Source: Geosiphon pyriformis uo1
Taxonomy: Eukaryota; Fungi; Glomeromycota
Assembly (NCBI GenBank): GCA_016748015.1
Contig: JAAOMT010000233.1
Location: forward strand, 65,422 to 129,421
Direction: 5' to 3'
Length of the DNA stretch: 64,000 bases
Shown: one piece after another, positions 22,901 to 37,100 of the stretch
How positions within the stretch are numbered: position 1 is the stretch's first letter
Layout: every line of letters begins with the position of its first letter
Notes under the pieces: model-generated
Told to the model about the DNA's origin: nothing
What the model saw: only the letters and a program-made list of their open reading frames with translations
Databases searched by the model: none
Position numbers and translations under genes: made by a program

Positions 22901-25900
22901 AAATCCTGTTAGACAGCAACTTAGAAAGAATCTTACAAGCAGTCTCAATTAAAGCAATCAGTCTAGTATTTGTTAAAACACCCTTCCATTCATAGAGCTT
23001 GGGAATCATTGACATCCAAGTTTCCTTTCAACAATAGGGAACTGACTCACACATTAAACAAATGTTCAGAAGATTCAAAAGCAAGCCTAGCACAGAACCA
23101 TCACAATGCTTTCAAAGTTTATTTGAAATGCCAAACAAGCCAGCAGCTTTACCATCTGGTAAATCCTTAATCACACATGTCAAGTTATCCAAACTGATAG
23201 CATTTATTACACCAGAAAAAGCATTATCATTGACATAATCCAATGGCAAGTATTAATGCTGCCATAAATTGGGAACACTTTTCAGCACAGCCTTCTTCCT
23301 TGTCCAGCTCTCCATTATACCATCCACTTTATTCTTAACTTTTACTGGGTCCAAAATCAAACTGCCATCAGAAATCAAATAATCTAACACCACTTTGTGG
23401 AATGAATGTTCCAAAACACTGGATTGTGTGGCCTTTGTTGACCACAAAACTCTCTATTCTCTTTTCAATAGCTGATCTAATGTTCAACTTCTTGGTTTGC
23501 AAAGACTTGGCAAGCTTAGAAATACAATAAGATCTCTTCGCACTATAAAGAGCAGAACAGACATGATCCAAACTTGCACCAGAACTCACAAGATCCCAAA
23601 CAACAGAAGCTTTGTTACTATCCATAGAAATTTAGCATCTTAACAGAGACTCAAACCTGTTAGAGTTTGCCTCACAAGAAGCCTTGACAATTTTTGAAAC
23701 CAAAATCTTCAAGTTATGCAACTTAGAAAACTCTTTGGTAAACATTTCATCATAACTCTTAAACCATTTCTTTTTAAAAGCACCATTAGCTGAAAAAATT
23801 ATCACTTTGCAAACAATATCCCATATAGCATCCAAATCAGAGAACTTCCTGGCTAACTTAAACTTATCCAAGAACATGACAGCATTGGCTGCAGTAGCAT
23901 CCTTAAATTCACTTCATTTTGCTTTATCTGCACTTTTGACATCAAACTTCCAACAATTCTTGTTTGCCTGCTTGTGTATTGAACTCAAATAGATATTGAG
24001 CAAACCACCCAAATCCATAAAAGCAAAAACAGCTTTGTAATCGGTATTAAAATAGTTCTCAACATCGGCCACACTACCATCTATTACAGCATTGACCAAA
24101 CATAAAGAAACAAGAATGTAATCGAGAGCTTTAGTAACACCATGAGAATTAGTCCACATAGGCATCTTGACAAACAAACTTCCCCTTAAAGAATCAACTA
24201 AACCCAAATCAAAGCACTTTTTGAAGCTAGCATACTTTCAGGCCCCATTTTCATTGAAATCACCACCCAAAATAATGAAGGAGGACTCATTCACTGTCTT
24301 TGCAATAAGAGAGTTGATTTTACCAGTCTAAGAGAACCAAACCACTGACAAAGCATCAACATAGAGTCCCAAAATTGACACAGAAAGATTATTCTTGAAG
24401 AATAATTTGAGGAAGAAGAGTCAACCAGAAATCTCGGAGACCTTACACACATGTCTTGCCAAAAAATTGTCCAAGATAATTACAACACCAAAACCCAAAT
24501 GACCAGAGTTCAAACCAGAAGTGAAAACCTGGACATCATCAAATTTATTTATAATCTATGAATGGATCTTGTCTCTTAACTTAGTCTCAGTAACAATAGA
24601 AATCAAATTGTTCATCTCTTTATGCCAATAAATTACATCATCCTGTTTTGCAGAATTATTCAAACCCCTAACATTGCATGTAGCAATCTTCCAAACTAAA
24701 CTGGTTATTGAGAAAGAGATTTGGAAGATGCACTGCCAGCCAAAATTGAATCATTAAATCTTGTTGTAAGACTTAAAACCAAAGCAAAAAGTTTTTCCAA
24801 CATGTTTTTCAATCTTTTTATCTTAGAAGAAACAGAAGAGTCCAAAGTCATAGCAGTCTCACCACTTGTGGCCTCACCCAAACTCTCTTCCATTACTATA
24901 TCACCCATTTAATTCTGTAATGAGGAGATCACCGGCAGCTGACATCCAGGGCTAGACTGGGAAACTGCTGGCATAAATAAGTCCAACTTTTTAGCCAATT
25001 TACTAATTTGTCCTGCAAGGCTGACAAGACTGTTTTCTAAAACAATAAACCTTTTTTCAACATCACTCATATCAGAGAGGATAGGTTTTATCTCTGAAGA
25101 AGAGCCAAAATTGACTGACACTTTTTACACAGAGAAAGGAGGAAAAATATTCTTACCAGCAATTTTTGTCCAAGAAACTCCACCAAAAGCAACAGACTAA
25201 GCAATCAAAGCCAAATGCTTGGCATAGATGGTTGCCAATCTGCTTTTATCTATGTCTGAGAAAAATTTGCAAGAAGGTTTCCCAGAGGAGAAATTCTCAC
25301 CCACAGCACAGTCCAAAGATGTATGACCCAATCTCCCACACTTAGCATATTTAGAAAAACCCAAAAAAGACCAATGCATATTCACACCTCTTAAAACTGG
25401 AGTAGTTTTCATGACAGCATTCAAGAAATTGGCTGATTCAAAACAAACAACAGTGCATCTGGCCCAAGCATATGTAATAGGATAACAATTTATTGCACAT
25501 GTTTTTTCACTCACAGAGCCAATATAATCCCAGATGTTATAAGCAATTGTTCCCATTGGCAGAGTATAGAGCAAAGCCCTATGTTGATCCCTCATGTCTC
25601 ATGATTTCTTGTCTTAATTAGCCCTGGCCACACACATAGCATCCTTCCCAATCAGGATAGACCAACAAGCTGTAACTAAATTAGCCTGTTTACTCTTACT
25701 AAATTCAACTATAGCCTTCTGTCACAAACCAACCAACTGTATTTTGATTGACACCACCACACCAAAACCAGATAGTGCAGCATGCACAGTCTCAGTTAAT
25801 GTTCCAACAGGAATTTTTTTTAATACCACAGCCTAATTTGAATGCCCAGATAATTTTTTGAAATTGGAGTTTACCAAGATCTTTATCTCTTCAGCCTTTT

Positions 25901-26655
25901 TAGAAGCCTGCACCAAACTTGATTTGGAAGTGAATGTTGCTCTGATGATCTCAGCAAATTTTGAGGAGATAGAGACCCCCCCAAAACCATTGATTTTTGA
26001 AAACAATTTTCTGACAACCACAAGCTTTTCCTGAGCAGATTTCCCAACAATATTATCCAAGCTGATGTCCAAAGTGAAAGACTTCCTGACAGAAACATTG
26101 ACCAAGTTTTTCAAAGGGGGAGAGAGAACCACAGGTTTGTCCAAAAGTACATCATCAATATCATCACCCAAGAAGTTAATTTTCCCCAATGGTTTTCCAA
26201 GCACTCTTTTGGTAAGAATCTTCGAACTTTTAGGTATTTGCTCTAAGTCCTTTTCAGCAAAGGCTCCACCATCCCCATAATCAAAGCTGGTTTTCTCAAC
26301 TAAACATTTCTTCTCCATATCTACACTATCAAATTCAGTAGTATCACTGGTTTCAGAACTCCAAAAACGACCACTTGATACCTTAACAGTAACAAATTTT
26401 CTATTACCAATATTATCTTCCAAAACACCACCTCTTCTTTTCTTTCTGGACTCAGCAAACTTGATACTAATGTTAAAGTTAGGCTCCATAATAGATTTGT
26501 TTAGAACCACAATATTAGGGCCAATGGTGGCCTTATAATCAAGCACAAATAATTTGGAATTAGCATACTGAATGATGAAAAATTAGAAAAAACTTCTTTC
26601 AAAAAAATATTTTGGCTCTTTTTTGGGAATTTGGGATGAACAAAAAAAAGAAGTT
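19917..26655 (-). mobile_element. LINE-B, full-length decayed LINE
   Basis: ORF1 ~24705-26546 (AKCGRLGHTSLDC knuckle). ORF2 ~20034-24709 with APE (GGDFNE, LDYI), RT (LQDICKAYDSV, AFVDDTIW, YLGI) and RNase H (YTDG, ELQA, SDSQ). Confidence 0.93.
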
Positions 26656-27357
26656 TTTAAAATTTTCTGTATATTATTAAAAAATTAATAACTAAGTTTA
26701 CTTAATAATATTTAATAAAATAATTTATTAAGTAATTTTAATTATTAAAAATTTAATACTCAAAATAAAACTTTTTTAATAAAATTATTGATTTAATTAT
26801 CTATTATTAAACTTTTATAAATCTATATTTATTTTATTAAAATTTATTTACTTTAAATTAATGTTAATCTATATTATATTATTATTAATATTAAAACAAT
26901 AGTTTTTAATTATAATTATTTATAGAATACTTATATTTTTTTGTTGTATTTAATTATTATTAATTAATTAAAAATACTAAAATTATAACATCAAAAGTTG
27001 TTTAGTAAAAAATACAAAAATAGTATAAAAAAAATAATCAAAAAATTCGAATTACTTATTAAAAGAGTAATAAACATTAAAATAAACCAGTTATTATATC
27101 AAAAAAATTTGACACCAAATATTATTTATTATTATTATTTAAATTTATGTTTATTATATAAAAAATTCAATTTATCAAAACTTTTGAATTATTAATACTA
27201 CTATAATACTAAGTTGTAAAATTATTATAAAAATTAAGATAAAAATTTTTTTCTCTTTTATATCTACAAATCCTCAAAAAATGCTTTTCTGATAAAGAAG
27301 TTTTTTATTTTTTCTTGTTAGTTTTTCACAATTTCTCTTTCTAATAACCTCTTTTTC

Positions 27358-29226
27358 GTGGATCTGAAGGCTGTCTCTAGTAGCAACATGTCTAAAAAAA
27401 AGGCACCAAAAGGTGCTTTTCATGGTCCTGCTGGTGGTTCCTTCTCACAGAAGAAAAGAGTTATGCTTGGAAATGTCAAACACTCAGGTAATGAAAAAGA
27501 TATTTCTCTGAACAGGTCTGAGCTTGGTAACAGTATGTTCTTTGATGTGAATAGTGTGTCTGGTAATGAAGAAAATACTAACATAACTGGCATTAATGTT
27601 GAGTCTCTTCTGGATTCAGCTGTCAATACTCCTAAAGCCAAGTGTGTCAATACTAGTGCCATTTTCAGTTTACCTTTTGGTTCTCCTAATTTTGTCATGG
27701 ATGATGATGAAGATGTCTCTTTTCCTCTTTGCCTTTCAATCTCTTTTGAAAAAAAATGAATTGACTCTAAAATTGTTAAGACTCAGGTTGAAGTGTTTGT
27801 CAAAAAATCTTTTGCTCTTGATATCAATCTTAGTGCTGTAGAAAGAAATTCGACAACAGCAAAAATTCAGTTAATTAGAAAAATTTTTTCATCAGTCAAT
27901 AGTTTTGGGAGGGCTATTACTCCCTCAAAATTTGAAGGAATCATTCAATCTACCTTCACTTTCAAAAAAAACATGAATATGGCTACATCTTTGGCCAGGG
28001 AAAGAAGAATTATCATAAACACTAATCTCAAGAAATCAGGAATACATTCAAATCAGGCTGTAGTAATCAAGAAAATTCTCATAGATACACCAAAGAAAAT
28101 GATCGTTGCTGCAGTCATTGAATTTGGTAATATTAAATCAATTAAGATTCAGTTAATTAGTATGTGGCAGAAGGCTGTAGTGGAATTCACCAAATTGAGT
28201 CAAGCCAATCTGTTGGCATCAAGATGGTCATTTCTGATCAGGAAAGACTTTGTGCATGTGGTAAAAGCTATGGGAGATCGTAATATCTGGGCATCAAGAG
28301 ACCATTTTAGAGCACTTCTGTTTACTTTGTCAATGGAAACAACTGCACACAATCTTGGTACTCTTTTGGATAGGACTGGCAGTAAGACTTGTATCATCAA
28401 TCAATCTTTGAACACTGGCAATAGGTTTCAGTGTGCTGTGGTTGGCTTTGAATCTGAGAAGAATTTGGATTCAGCATTTCACACTGAGCCTGTTTTTGGT
28501 GGTGTGCAGCTCTCATGGGCTAAATTGGATTTGGTTTAGTGTGGGAAATGTGGGCATTTTGGGTATTCAGCTTTTGAGTGTGACACTCCAGTTGGTTTTA
28601 TGCCATTGTCATCTTTGGTTAAGTCTTTTAAAGGTTTTGTTTTTGAGGAAAGACATCTTCAGCTGGTCAAGTTATATAAAAAGAAAGAGGTTCCTATCTT
28701 CCACCCTGTTGCCTTTAGTGAAAAGTCCTGGACCCAAGTGGTCTCGGTGGCTTTTCTCCTCTCTCATGGTTTTCCTGCTGGTCCTAGCTCAAATCTGTTT
28801 CCTTCTTCTTATCATAACATTGGTGATATTTCTTTTTTAAATAAATGCTTGGTCTCTTTGGAATGCTCACTTGAGCTTCTTTCTGACCAGGTGTCCACTA
28901 TTGTTAGATGTCTTAATAGTGCTGAACTGGTGCCTTTGGTGTCTTTCTCTTTTGTCTCTCCTCCTGATGCTTCTGCATCTTCGGCTTTAGATTCAGGCTT
29001 GGATATGGTTTTGGATGACACTTCGATACTGTCTGTTCTTTCTTTTTCTACTGTTGGTGTTGATGTGCATATTCTTAGTCCTAGTAGCTCCAGAATTCTT
29101 ACTGACAAAGTGGGTGGCTTGGAGTCTAAGTTGGCATCTTTGGAGGCTTTTATTGGTTCAGTGTTAGCATGTTTGGATGGCTTGTGCTCTAGTTTGGGTG
29201 CTTCTTTGCATTCTTTTTCCAAATGA
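27358..29226 (+). pseudogene. LINE-C ORF1 (RRM-like region plus CCHC knuckle), in-frame stops
   Basis: Collinear ORFs 27358-27759, 27793-28539 and 28600-29226 in one frame; CGKCGHFGYSAFEC at ~28540. Confidence 0.85.
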
Positions 29227-32200
29227 ATGACCTAGTTTGGAAGTTCACTACATGTAATGTTCAGGGTCTCAATGTTCCAGCCAAATGAGTGGATGTTGTT
29301 CATTGGCATATAAGCTCTGGGAGTATGGTTTCTTTTGTTATTGAGACAAAGTTGAGACCTCCCTCTGGGCCATGGATCAAGAATAAATTTGAAGGGGTTT
29401 GGATTTTTACTTCTGGTTTGGATGTTGGTTATCTTAGTGCTGGTGTTACTGTAATTATGAACAATTCTTTGGCTTGCCATATTTCTAAGATTAAGGTGGT
29501 CCCTGGTCATGTTATCTCAGTATGTCTTCTGTTCAAAGACAAGCTTTTGGTGACTGTGCTTGGTTTGTATGCTGGTGCTTCTTCTGGTGTTTGTTTTGGG
29601 CAGGTGTCTGAGGTTAATTCTCTCATTGCTAAGGCTGTTAATACCAGCAATTTTGTTGTTTTGGGTGGAGATTTTAATGAAAATGGGTCTGGAAGGAGTG
29701 CAAGTTTCAGGTTTTGCTTGGGTTTTGGTCTGGTCAATTCGTTTGCTGGCCATCAATTGACATTGGCTCCTATGTGGTACAACTTGAGAGGGATTAAAAA
29801 GACTATTGATTATATTTTAGTTAGTGAGAGTCTGTTATCTGCTGTTGCTGAGCATTGGGTCAGGTCAGTTTCGGATTTTTTTGACATGGATCATAGTGCT
29901 GTCACAATGTTGGTTGGTCTAAATGAGGTTTTGGATGTTCAATTAAATAGCTTGCACAGACAGGCTAACAGAGATTGTTGGAAGTTCAAGATTAAAAATG
30001 CGGATGTGTCCAAGTGGGATAAATTTAAAAATTGTGTTTTGACAAGGCTTCTGTTGATCAAAGATGTCTTTGCTAATGCCAAAGTTGGTGGTAATTTGGA
30101 TACTATGTGGGCAATTTTGGAAAAGGAGATGGTTGAGTCTGCTGATAAGATTTTTTCCAGACTGTGGTTTAGCAAATTTTATTGCTTTAGAAACAAACAT
30201 TCTTTGAAGTTTTTTGGGTTGGAGTTGCTTGTCACTAAGATTCTTGGTGTGGTCCACTCTGGCGACATGCTTGAAGTTGTCCGTCTTATAAAAAAATAGT
30301 CCACTTTGGATGAGGACAAAACTTGTGCATTCTCTGATTTAGTTAGATTGGGTAAGGATAATGGGGTTCTTTTTAAGCATCTGTCTTTATTTTACAAAGA
30401 ATACAGAAAATCAAAAATGTTTGAATCAAGGCTAGTTGAAGAGGCTTCTGTTAGAAAAGCTATAAAAAAATGCATAGAGAGTTTCACTTTTAATAAAGAG
30501 GACATGATCAGAAGTATTTTGGACCGGTCTTTTTGCAAGGTGCTACTTGATCATTTGGTGATTGATGAAGGCTTGGTTCTAGAACCTGGGGAGATAAAGT
30601 TTAAAGTGAATGAAGTTATGGCGGGATGGACAAGGAAGCGGGTAATACCTATGATGATGCCTAATCTCTGGGCTCACCAATATGCACCTTTGGATTATGT
30701 ACATAACGATGCTTTTTCTGGGGTAATGTGTGAAATCAGTTTGGATGAGCTGCTCTCAGTGGTTAATGATTTTCCTAATGGCAAGGCTACTGGTTTGTCT
30801 GGCATTCTTAATAAATTGTGGAAACATAGTAGTGATGTGGTATTGGGTTGCCTTCTGGAGCTGTTAAATATATGTGTAATTGTTGGTGAGATGCCTACTT
30901 TATGGAAAAAAGCATGAGTGTTGATGATTCCAAAGTCTTATAACTGGAATGGGGTTCTTATAAACACTTGGCCTATTGTATTAATTGAGACTGCCAGAAA
31001 GATTCTCTCTAAAATTCTCTTTAACAGAATTTTGTCCACTTGCAACAAGTTTGGTGTTCTTTGTGGTGATAATTTCTTTGTTTTAAAGAGTACGTCTACA
31101 CAGTTTCTGGTTTTTGCTGTCGGTTCAGTGGTTGAAGATGCTTTGGAGAAGAATTGTGAATTTTGGCTGGTGTTACAAGATATGCATAAAGCATATGACT
31201 TGGTTGGATGGCATCACTTGGAAGCAAGCTTGAAACACATTAAGATGTGCAGCAAATTTATTAGTTTCTTTAGAGGCATACATAATGATAGAATTAATAG
31301 GGTCATGACAGATTTTGGTCTATCAGATGGCTATTGTGTACACAATAGTTTGGATTAAGATAAGATCTTTTTCTCTCTTCTCTGGAGGATCTTCTATAAT
31401 CCATTTTTGTGTGAGGTTAAGAGGCATGAACATTTGTGTAGATATAGAATTAATACTAATTTTGTGACGAAAACTGGCAGAATCAAGAATAGTGGTGGGA
31501 TGTCATCCTTTTTTGCTGCTAGTGTTTTTGTAAATGATATGATTTAAGTGGGAGGTTGCCAGACTTTCATGTAGTATGCTCTTAATATTGCCAATAAATT
31601 TTTTTCAATCAATAATATTTCTATTAACAATAAGAAAATGGTGGCTATTCCAATCAATTAGAGTGTTAAGGTTGCTTCTTTGAGTATTAGTGGTCAGCCA
31701 ATCTCTATAGCAAAAAAGGGTGAAGCTTACAGATACCTGGGAATTTTTTTGTCGACTGAGAGGTTGTTCAAACTAGGTTTGGACAAGACACATTTAGATG
31801 TTTGTTTTTTTGTCAATGTTGTACTTAGAAAAGCTATCACAAATAAGCAGTATTCTTATTTGGTCTCCACTGTTTTGCAGTCAATTGTTAACTACAGAAT
31901 GCAGTTTAGTTTTGTTTCTTCTGGTGTATGTTGCAAGTGGGACATTTTGGTTAGGAAAGGCCTCAGGTCTAAGGCATGCTTGCTTTGTAACTTTCCGAAT
32001 GAGGCTTTGCATCATTCTTCTCTTTATGGTTTGAAGTCTTTTGACCAGATACAATCTGAGAGTAAGGTGGCTGCAATAATATTTTTTTCAAATGCTCTGG
32101 GCATTCTTGGTCGGTTGTTTCTTCATCACTTCTTGGATTTGCAGGTTTTTGGGTGGACACCCTTGAATCCGTTACAGTTCTCAGTTAAGCTGCTCATTAG

Positions 32201-33912
32201 TCCTGTAAACAATTTTTTAGCTGGTGTAGTCAGAATTTTTTGGATTGTGAGCTGTCTTTGGCAGGCTTTCTACCTAGTGTGTTTAAGGACCCTGATAATT
32301 TTCTTATGCCTGAGATTTTGGGGAAATTCTTGTTTCTTAGTTGTGTTTGCTCTTTGAAGCATTTTGGAGTTGCTTTTGGTGACAGACTCCTTGACAAAAA
32401 AGGTGCTGTAATGAATTGGAAGACTTTTTGTCATTGGAAGAGGCTTGATCCCAGGAGCCCTGCACCTTATTGGTTCAATGTAACATCAAGGTTTTTGCTG
32501 GATAGGAGTTTAGTGCCACCTGCTGCTGTTAAAGCTGGTGGCTTTTTAGGCTGTAGTATTTTGAATTCTGAATAGTTTGCCTTTGTGCATGATGGTCTGC
32601 TTAAAGTTTGGTCTGGCTCTTTTAATGTTTATACTGATAATTCATTGAAATTTGCTGGCTCCTCCAGTGTAATTAGCAAGACCACTGTTTATTTTCTTGT
32701 TTTGAATTCAGAAGTTGGTATTGACATTTGTGGGCTTTTATCTTCAACTCTATCAGAATTGCAGGCTGTGGCTCTTGCTCTGGAATGCATTCCTTCCTCC
32801 TGCACAGTGGTTTTGCATCTTGACAGCCAAGCTGCTATTGATACGTGTGTGTCCAAATTAGCTTTTTCTGTTCTTAATTTTTACAATCATTGTTGGATTG
32901 AGAGAAAATATATTGCCAATTTGATTAAGAATAAAGATCTCGCTGTGAGTTGGGTTAAGGTCAAGAGTTATTTTGGGGTCCCTGGTAATAATAGAGCAGA
33001 TACACTGGCTGATAAGACTGCTGGCTCTCCTTTTTCTTTGCCAGCTGGGGTTTGTAAGTGTTTTTTGGTGGCTGAGGATACTGCAATTTTGGGTAACACT
33101 TGTCACTTTGTCAGAGATGTTTATAGATCTATTTGTTGTGCTTATTGGGAAACTGGTCCAAGTCATGATGTGGTTTCAGTTGCTTCATTGCAGAGTTTTG
33201 ATTGGATTGCTTCCACACAGGTTTGGCATCCCAACTTGCACATGCTTGCTGGGTTTACCAGCTGTAAGTTTGCAATTCTTTGCACATACTTGATAAAAGC
33301 TCTACACAGAAGGCTGCCAGTGGCTGTCTGCAAAAGGTTATACAATAAAAGTTATTCTGGCATGTAGTGTTTGTTGTGTGGTGAGATGGAATTGCCAGAC
33401 CACATATTCACCTGTTTATGGGATGTTTATATTCAGGAGGACATTTTGTTGGAGGTGTCTGCTTGCTGGATTTCTCTGGCTGGTGCTTGTAATCCATCTT
33501 TTTCCTCCGTCTTGAAGACTCTTGATCTTTGTTATTTAGATGTTAACTTGTATTCAGTCATGTGTAAAAAGTTTGTGCTTAAGGATTGGTGTGCAGAGGC
33601 AGTTGGCATTTTTGGTGATGTTAAGAGTATTACTAGTATGGTAGTTGACTTTGTAAGATATTTGGTTAAGTTGCATTGATTCAAGGTGTGGTTGATAAGG
33701 TGTAAATTTAGAGTGGATATGGAGAGAGTGAGCTTAATTGGTAATAATGGTTTGGTGGTGGGTCTTTTATGTTATGAGTTTTCTATGCTTTCAGATGGAG
33801 TGGTCAGGTTGCTTGGTATTGTAGAGTCTTTTGTTGTGAGTTTTGGCTGTTACAGGCCTTGTTTTTTTTTTCTGGTTTGGATGGTAATCTGTGTGTTGTT
33901 TTAGGTATATAG
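29223..33912 (+). pseudogene. LINE-C ORF2: APE endonuclease, RT, RNase H, C-terminal Cys/His motif
   Basis: TCNVQGL, ETK, GGDFNE, IDYI, MDH; LQDMHKAYD; YRYLGI; YTDNS, SELQA, LDSQ, GNNRADTLA; CLLCGEMELPDHIFTC. Confidence 0.93.
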
Positions 33913-34137
33913 TGTTGTCTTGTCTGACCCGAATGGCTAGCCACATATAGAGAATGTGTGAATTATGCTTAGTTTGAACCACTTAGTTTGGTTCTATGTA
34001 CTAGGTAGCAATTGGACTTCATTCGTTAAATTGTTTTAATAAAAAAAAAATTATTATAGTTAAAATTTATTTATAATAACAATTAATTAATATTTTTAAC
34101 CAAAAAATTATTTACATATATATTTTTTTTTATATTG

Positions 34138-37100
34138 TTTAATGAGTGAGGTCAAAATATTACCTAGTACAATACATCATAAGAGATCTAAATTAGGCAT
34201 AAATCATGTATTTTCTACATGTGACCAGTCACTCAGACTGATCAGAACTACACTAAGCATCTATAATAATCAACACAGAATCCCCAATACCTGCAAAAAA
34301 TAAACAAGATGCACAAAAGCCAGAGCTAATGTCAAAAGCCTTTGTAATACCCAACATCTTTATCACTTCCACAGAGAATAATGAAGAAAGACCACACACT
34401 AGGCCAAGAACAGAGCCATCTCTAGGAATTAGACCATGCTTCTCCATTAAAGCATGGTGGCTCACACGAACCAACCAAACCTCATCCCTAAAAGCAAGAC
34501 AAAAATTTCGCACAAATTTCATCACCCTTTGATAAGCAATTTTCGAGTCCCTGAAAACCAAAACTGCTTCCTGAAAACAAAGTTTGAACATAAAGTCCTT
34601 ACAAAATGCTGAACACAACAAAGTATCAGAAACACAAGAGAGCATAAGCTGCATAAGTTGTGATGATGACTGGGGTAAACCAGAGAGTGCTTCTCAGATA
34701 GCCGCGTGCATATCCAACAGCTAGGTGCAGATAGTAGTATTAGAACCACAAGAAAAAACATGATTGGAAACTTCGACTTTACCATAATACAAACATAAAA
34801 CGCTGGAATAAGATCTACTATAAAGGCACTTGTGGACAGCAACAGGCAGTTGATGATATAAAGCCTTCATGAAATAAGTATGAGCACTGGCAGAATATTT
34901 ACCAGTGGAACCAGTAGCTATATGCATATCAGGATGTCACATGAAAGAAAACCTATGCCAGTCCACATCACCATGTAAATTAGTAACCAAGGCCTTAGAA
35001 CCCAAACCAATCTCCTATTGAGCACAATGAATACAATAGAAAATATTACAAACAAAATGTCTAGAATTTCCAGAAACAGCCACACCACCTACCAAAATAT
35101 AGCATACATTCACACGCAAAGGAAAAGAATGTTCAAACATAGCAGCAGCTGTAGCAAGAGCATCTGCATACTCATTACCCACAACACCAGAATGTCCTTT
35201 GACTTTAAACCAACAGATGTTCAGATTTTTACTATGAATCAAGTCATAAATGTGACGGCGTTCTACCCAGCATCAATTTCGAAAGTCCGAAACCACCAAA
35301 TCCAGCTCAGATTTATATGCATCCAAAGCCACCTGATTGTCAGAGAACAAATAAACAGAACTAGAAGGGGGAACACACTCAAGAGCCAGAGCAATAGCCT
35401 GCAACTCTGCCATAGTAGAAGACACCAAACCAGAGACCTCAACACCCAAACCCAAATTAACACCATCAAAAAAAATGGCAGCACCAGCCCACATACCAAC
35501 AGTACCCAAACCAGCCAAAGAACTATCAGTATAAACCAAAATACTATCAGTACTGACACCAAGCAGATGATTGCAAATCATAGCAAAATCAATCAAATCC
35601 AGGACATTTTGAGGGACAACCCCACCAACGGCAGAAGACGTGACGGAAATGAGAGCCACCACATTGATAAAAGAAACTGAAAGATCAAACTAGACAGGAA
35701 CCGGCCTATGTGGATCCAACTGCTTCTAATATTTAAAGGTTGTCCAAGTAAAAGCAGCTCCACTGCAGTTCCAAAGTTGGTCCACAAAAGCAATACCATA
35801 ATGCTGAAGAGATGGAAGACATCTGACAAATCTAGACTCACCAAGAACAAATACCATAGGGGTCTTTTTCCGAAGACAAAAAGTATTGGCTTCGATGCCA
35901 CCCAGAGAAAGATTATAATCATGAAATATACAAACCAAGCCTGCCAGAAAATTATTGGAAGCACCAACACCAATATGAGTAGAAGAACTCAAAGGATAGA
36001 TCGGACACCAACACAAAACTTGCAAGTCATGAAATCTGTGAGCAAACAAATGACCCAAAATACCAACCGAATTCACAAAACAAACAACAGACACCACTTT
36101 GTGTTCAGCCTGAATTTGTTCAAAAGTCTTCAAGCCATACAATGAGAGGTAATGCAACACATTATTGGGAAAATCCAAAGGCAGACCAGATTTTGATTTC
36201 AAACTCTTGTGAATTAAAGTATCCTATTTGTTATACATACTAGGAGGAACAAAGCTGAACTGAGTTCTGTAATTCACAATAGAGTGGAGGACTGAAGACA
36301 CCAAATATGAAAATTGTTTATCAGAAATGGCTTTTTTTAACACAAGATTAGCAAAAAACTTGACATCCAAGTGAGCTTTAGCAAGACTGGGCTTAGAAAA
36401 GCTCTCAATGGACAAAAAGATATCCAAATACTAATGAGATTCCTCTTTTTTGGCCACAAATATAGGCGTTCCACTTATTAAAAGAGAGGAATTTGCAATC
36501 CGGCAGTTGATAGGAATGGCCATGGTCTTATCATTGTTAATTGAAATGTTATTAAGCCTAAAAAATTCACTAGCAACATCTAAAATGTGTTGTGTCACTG
36601 CCTGACTACTACCAACCCAGATAGTATTATCCACAAAAGTGCCAGCAACAAGAAATGAAGTTAACCCAGCTTGAGATTCCACATGACCAGTCCTAAAAAC
36701 AAAATGAGAATTCAACCTATACCCACATATACTCTCTTGTCTCTTAACCTCACACAGAAAAGAATTATAAAATATCCGCCAAATGAGAGATGAGAAAACC
36801 TCCCTTTGGTTCAAGCCATCATGCACATAATAACCACTTGTTAACCCAAAATCAGTTATAACCTGGTTGGTATGACCATCATAAATACCCCCAAAAAATT
36901 GGATAAACTTGCTACATATTTTGATCCTAACCAGACTATTCCTGAGATGTTCCCAACCAACAGAATTGTAAGTCTTTCACATGTCCTGCAAAACCAGCCA
37001 GAGTTCTCAGTTCTTTTTTATAGCATCCTCGATCACCAAACCAACCACAAAAATGGGGGACTGAGTTGTAGTACCCTTTAAAACTGAAAAATTGTCACCA

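Larger units (their letters stand above)
27245..34050 (+). mobile_element. LINE-C, full-length decayed LINE
   Basis: ORF1 and ORF2 as listed below; 3' UTR 33913-34030 and an A-tail at ~34041-34050. Confidence 0.94.

Noticed and set aside
35018-36145. Long plus-strand ORFs (220 and 145 aa) and similar shadow ORFs across the LINEs and gypsy elements
   Set aside because: Antisense to LINE ORF2 or pol, no recognisable motifs, and not seen at equivalent positions in the other copies.
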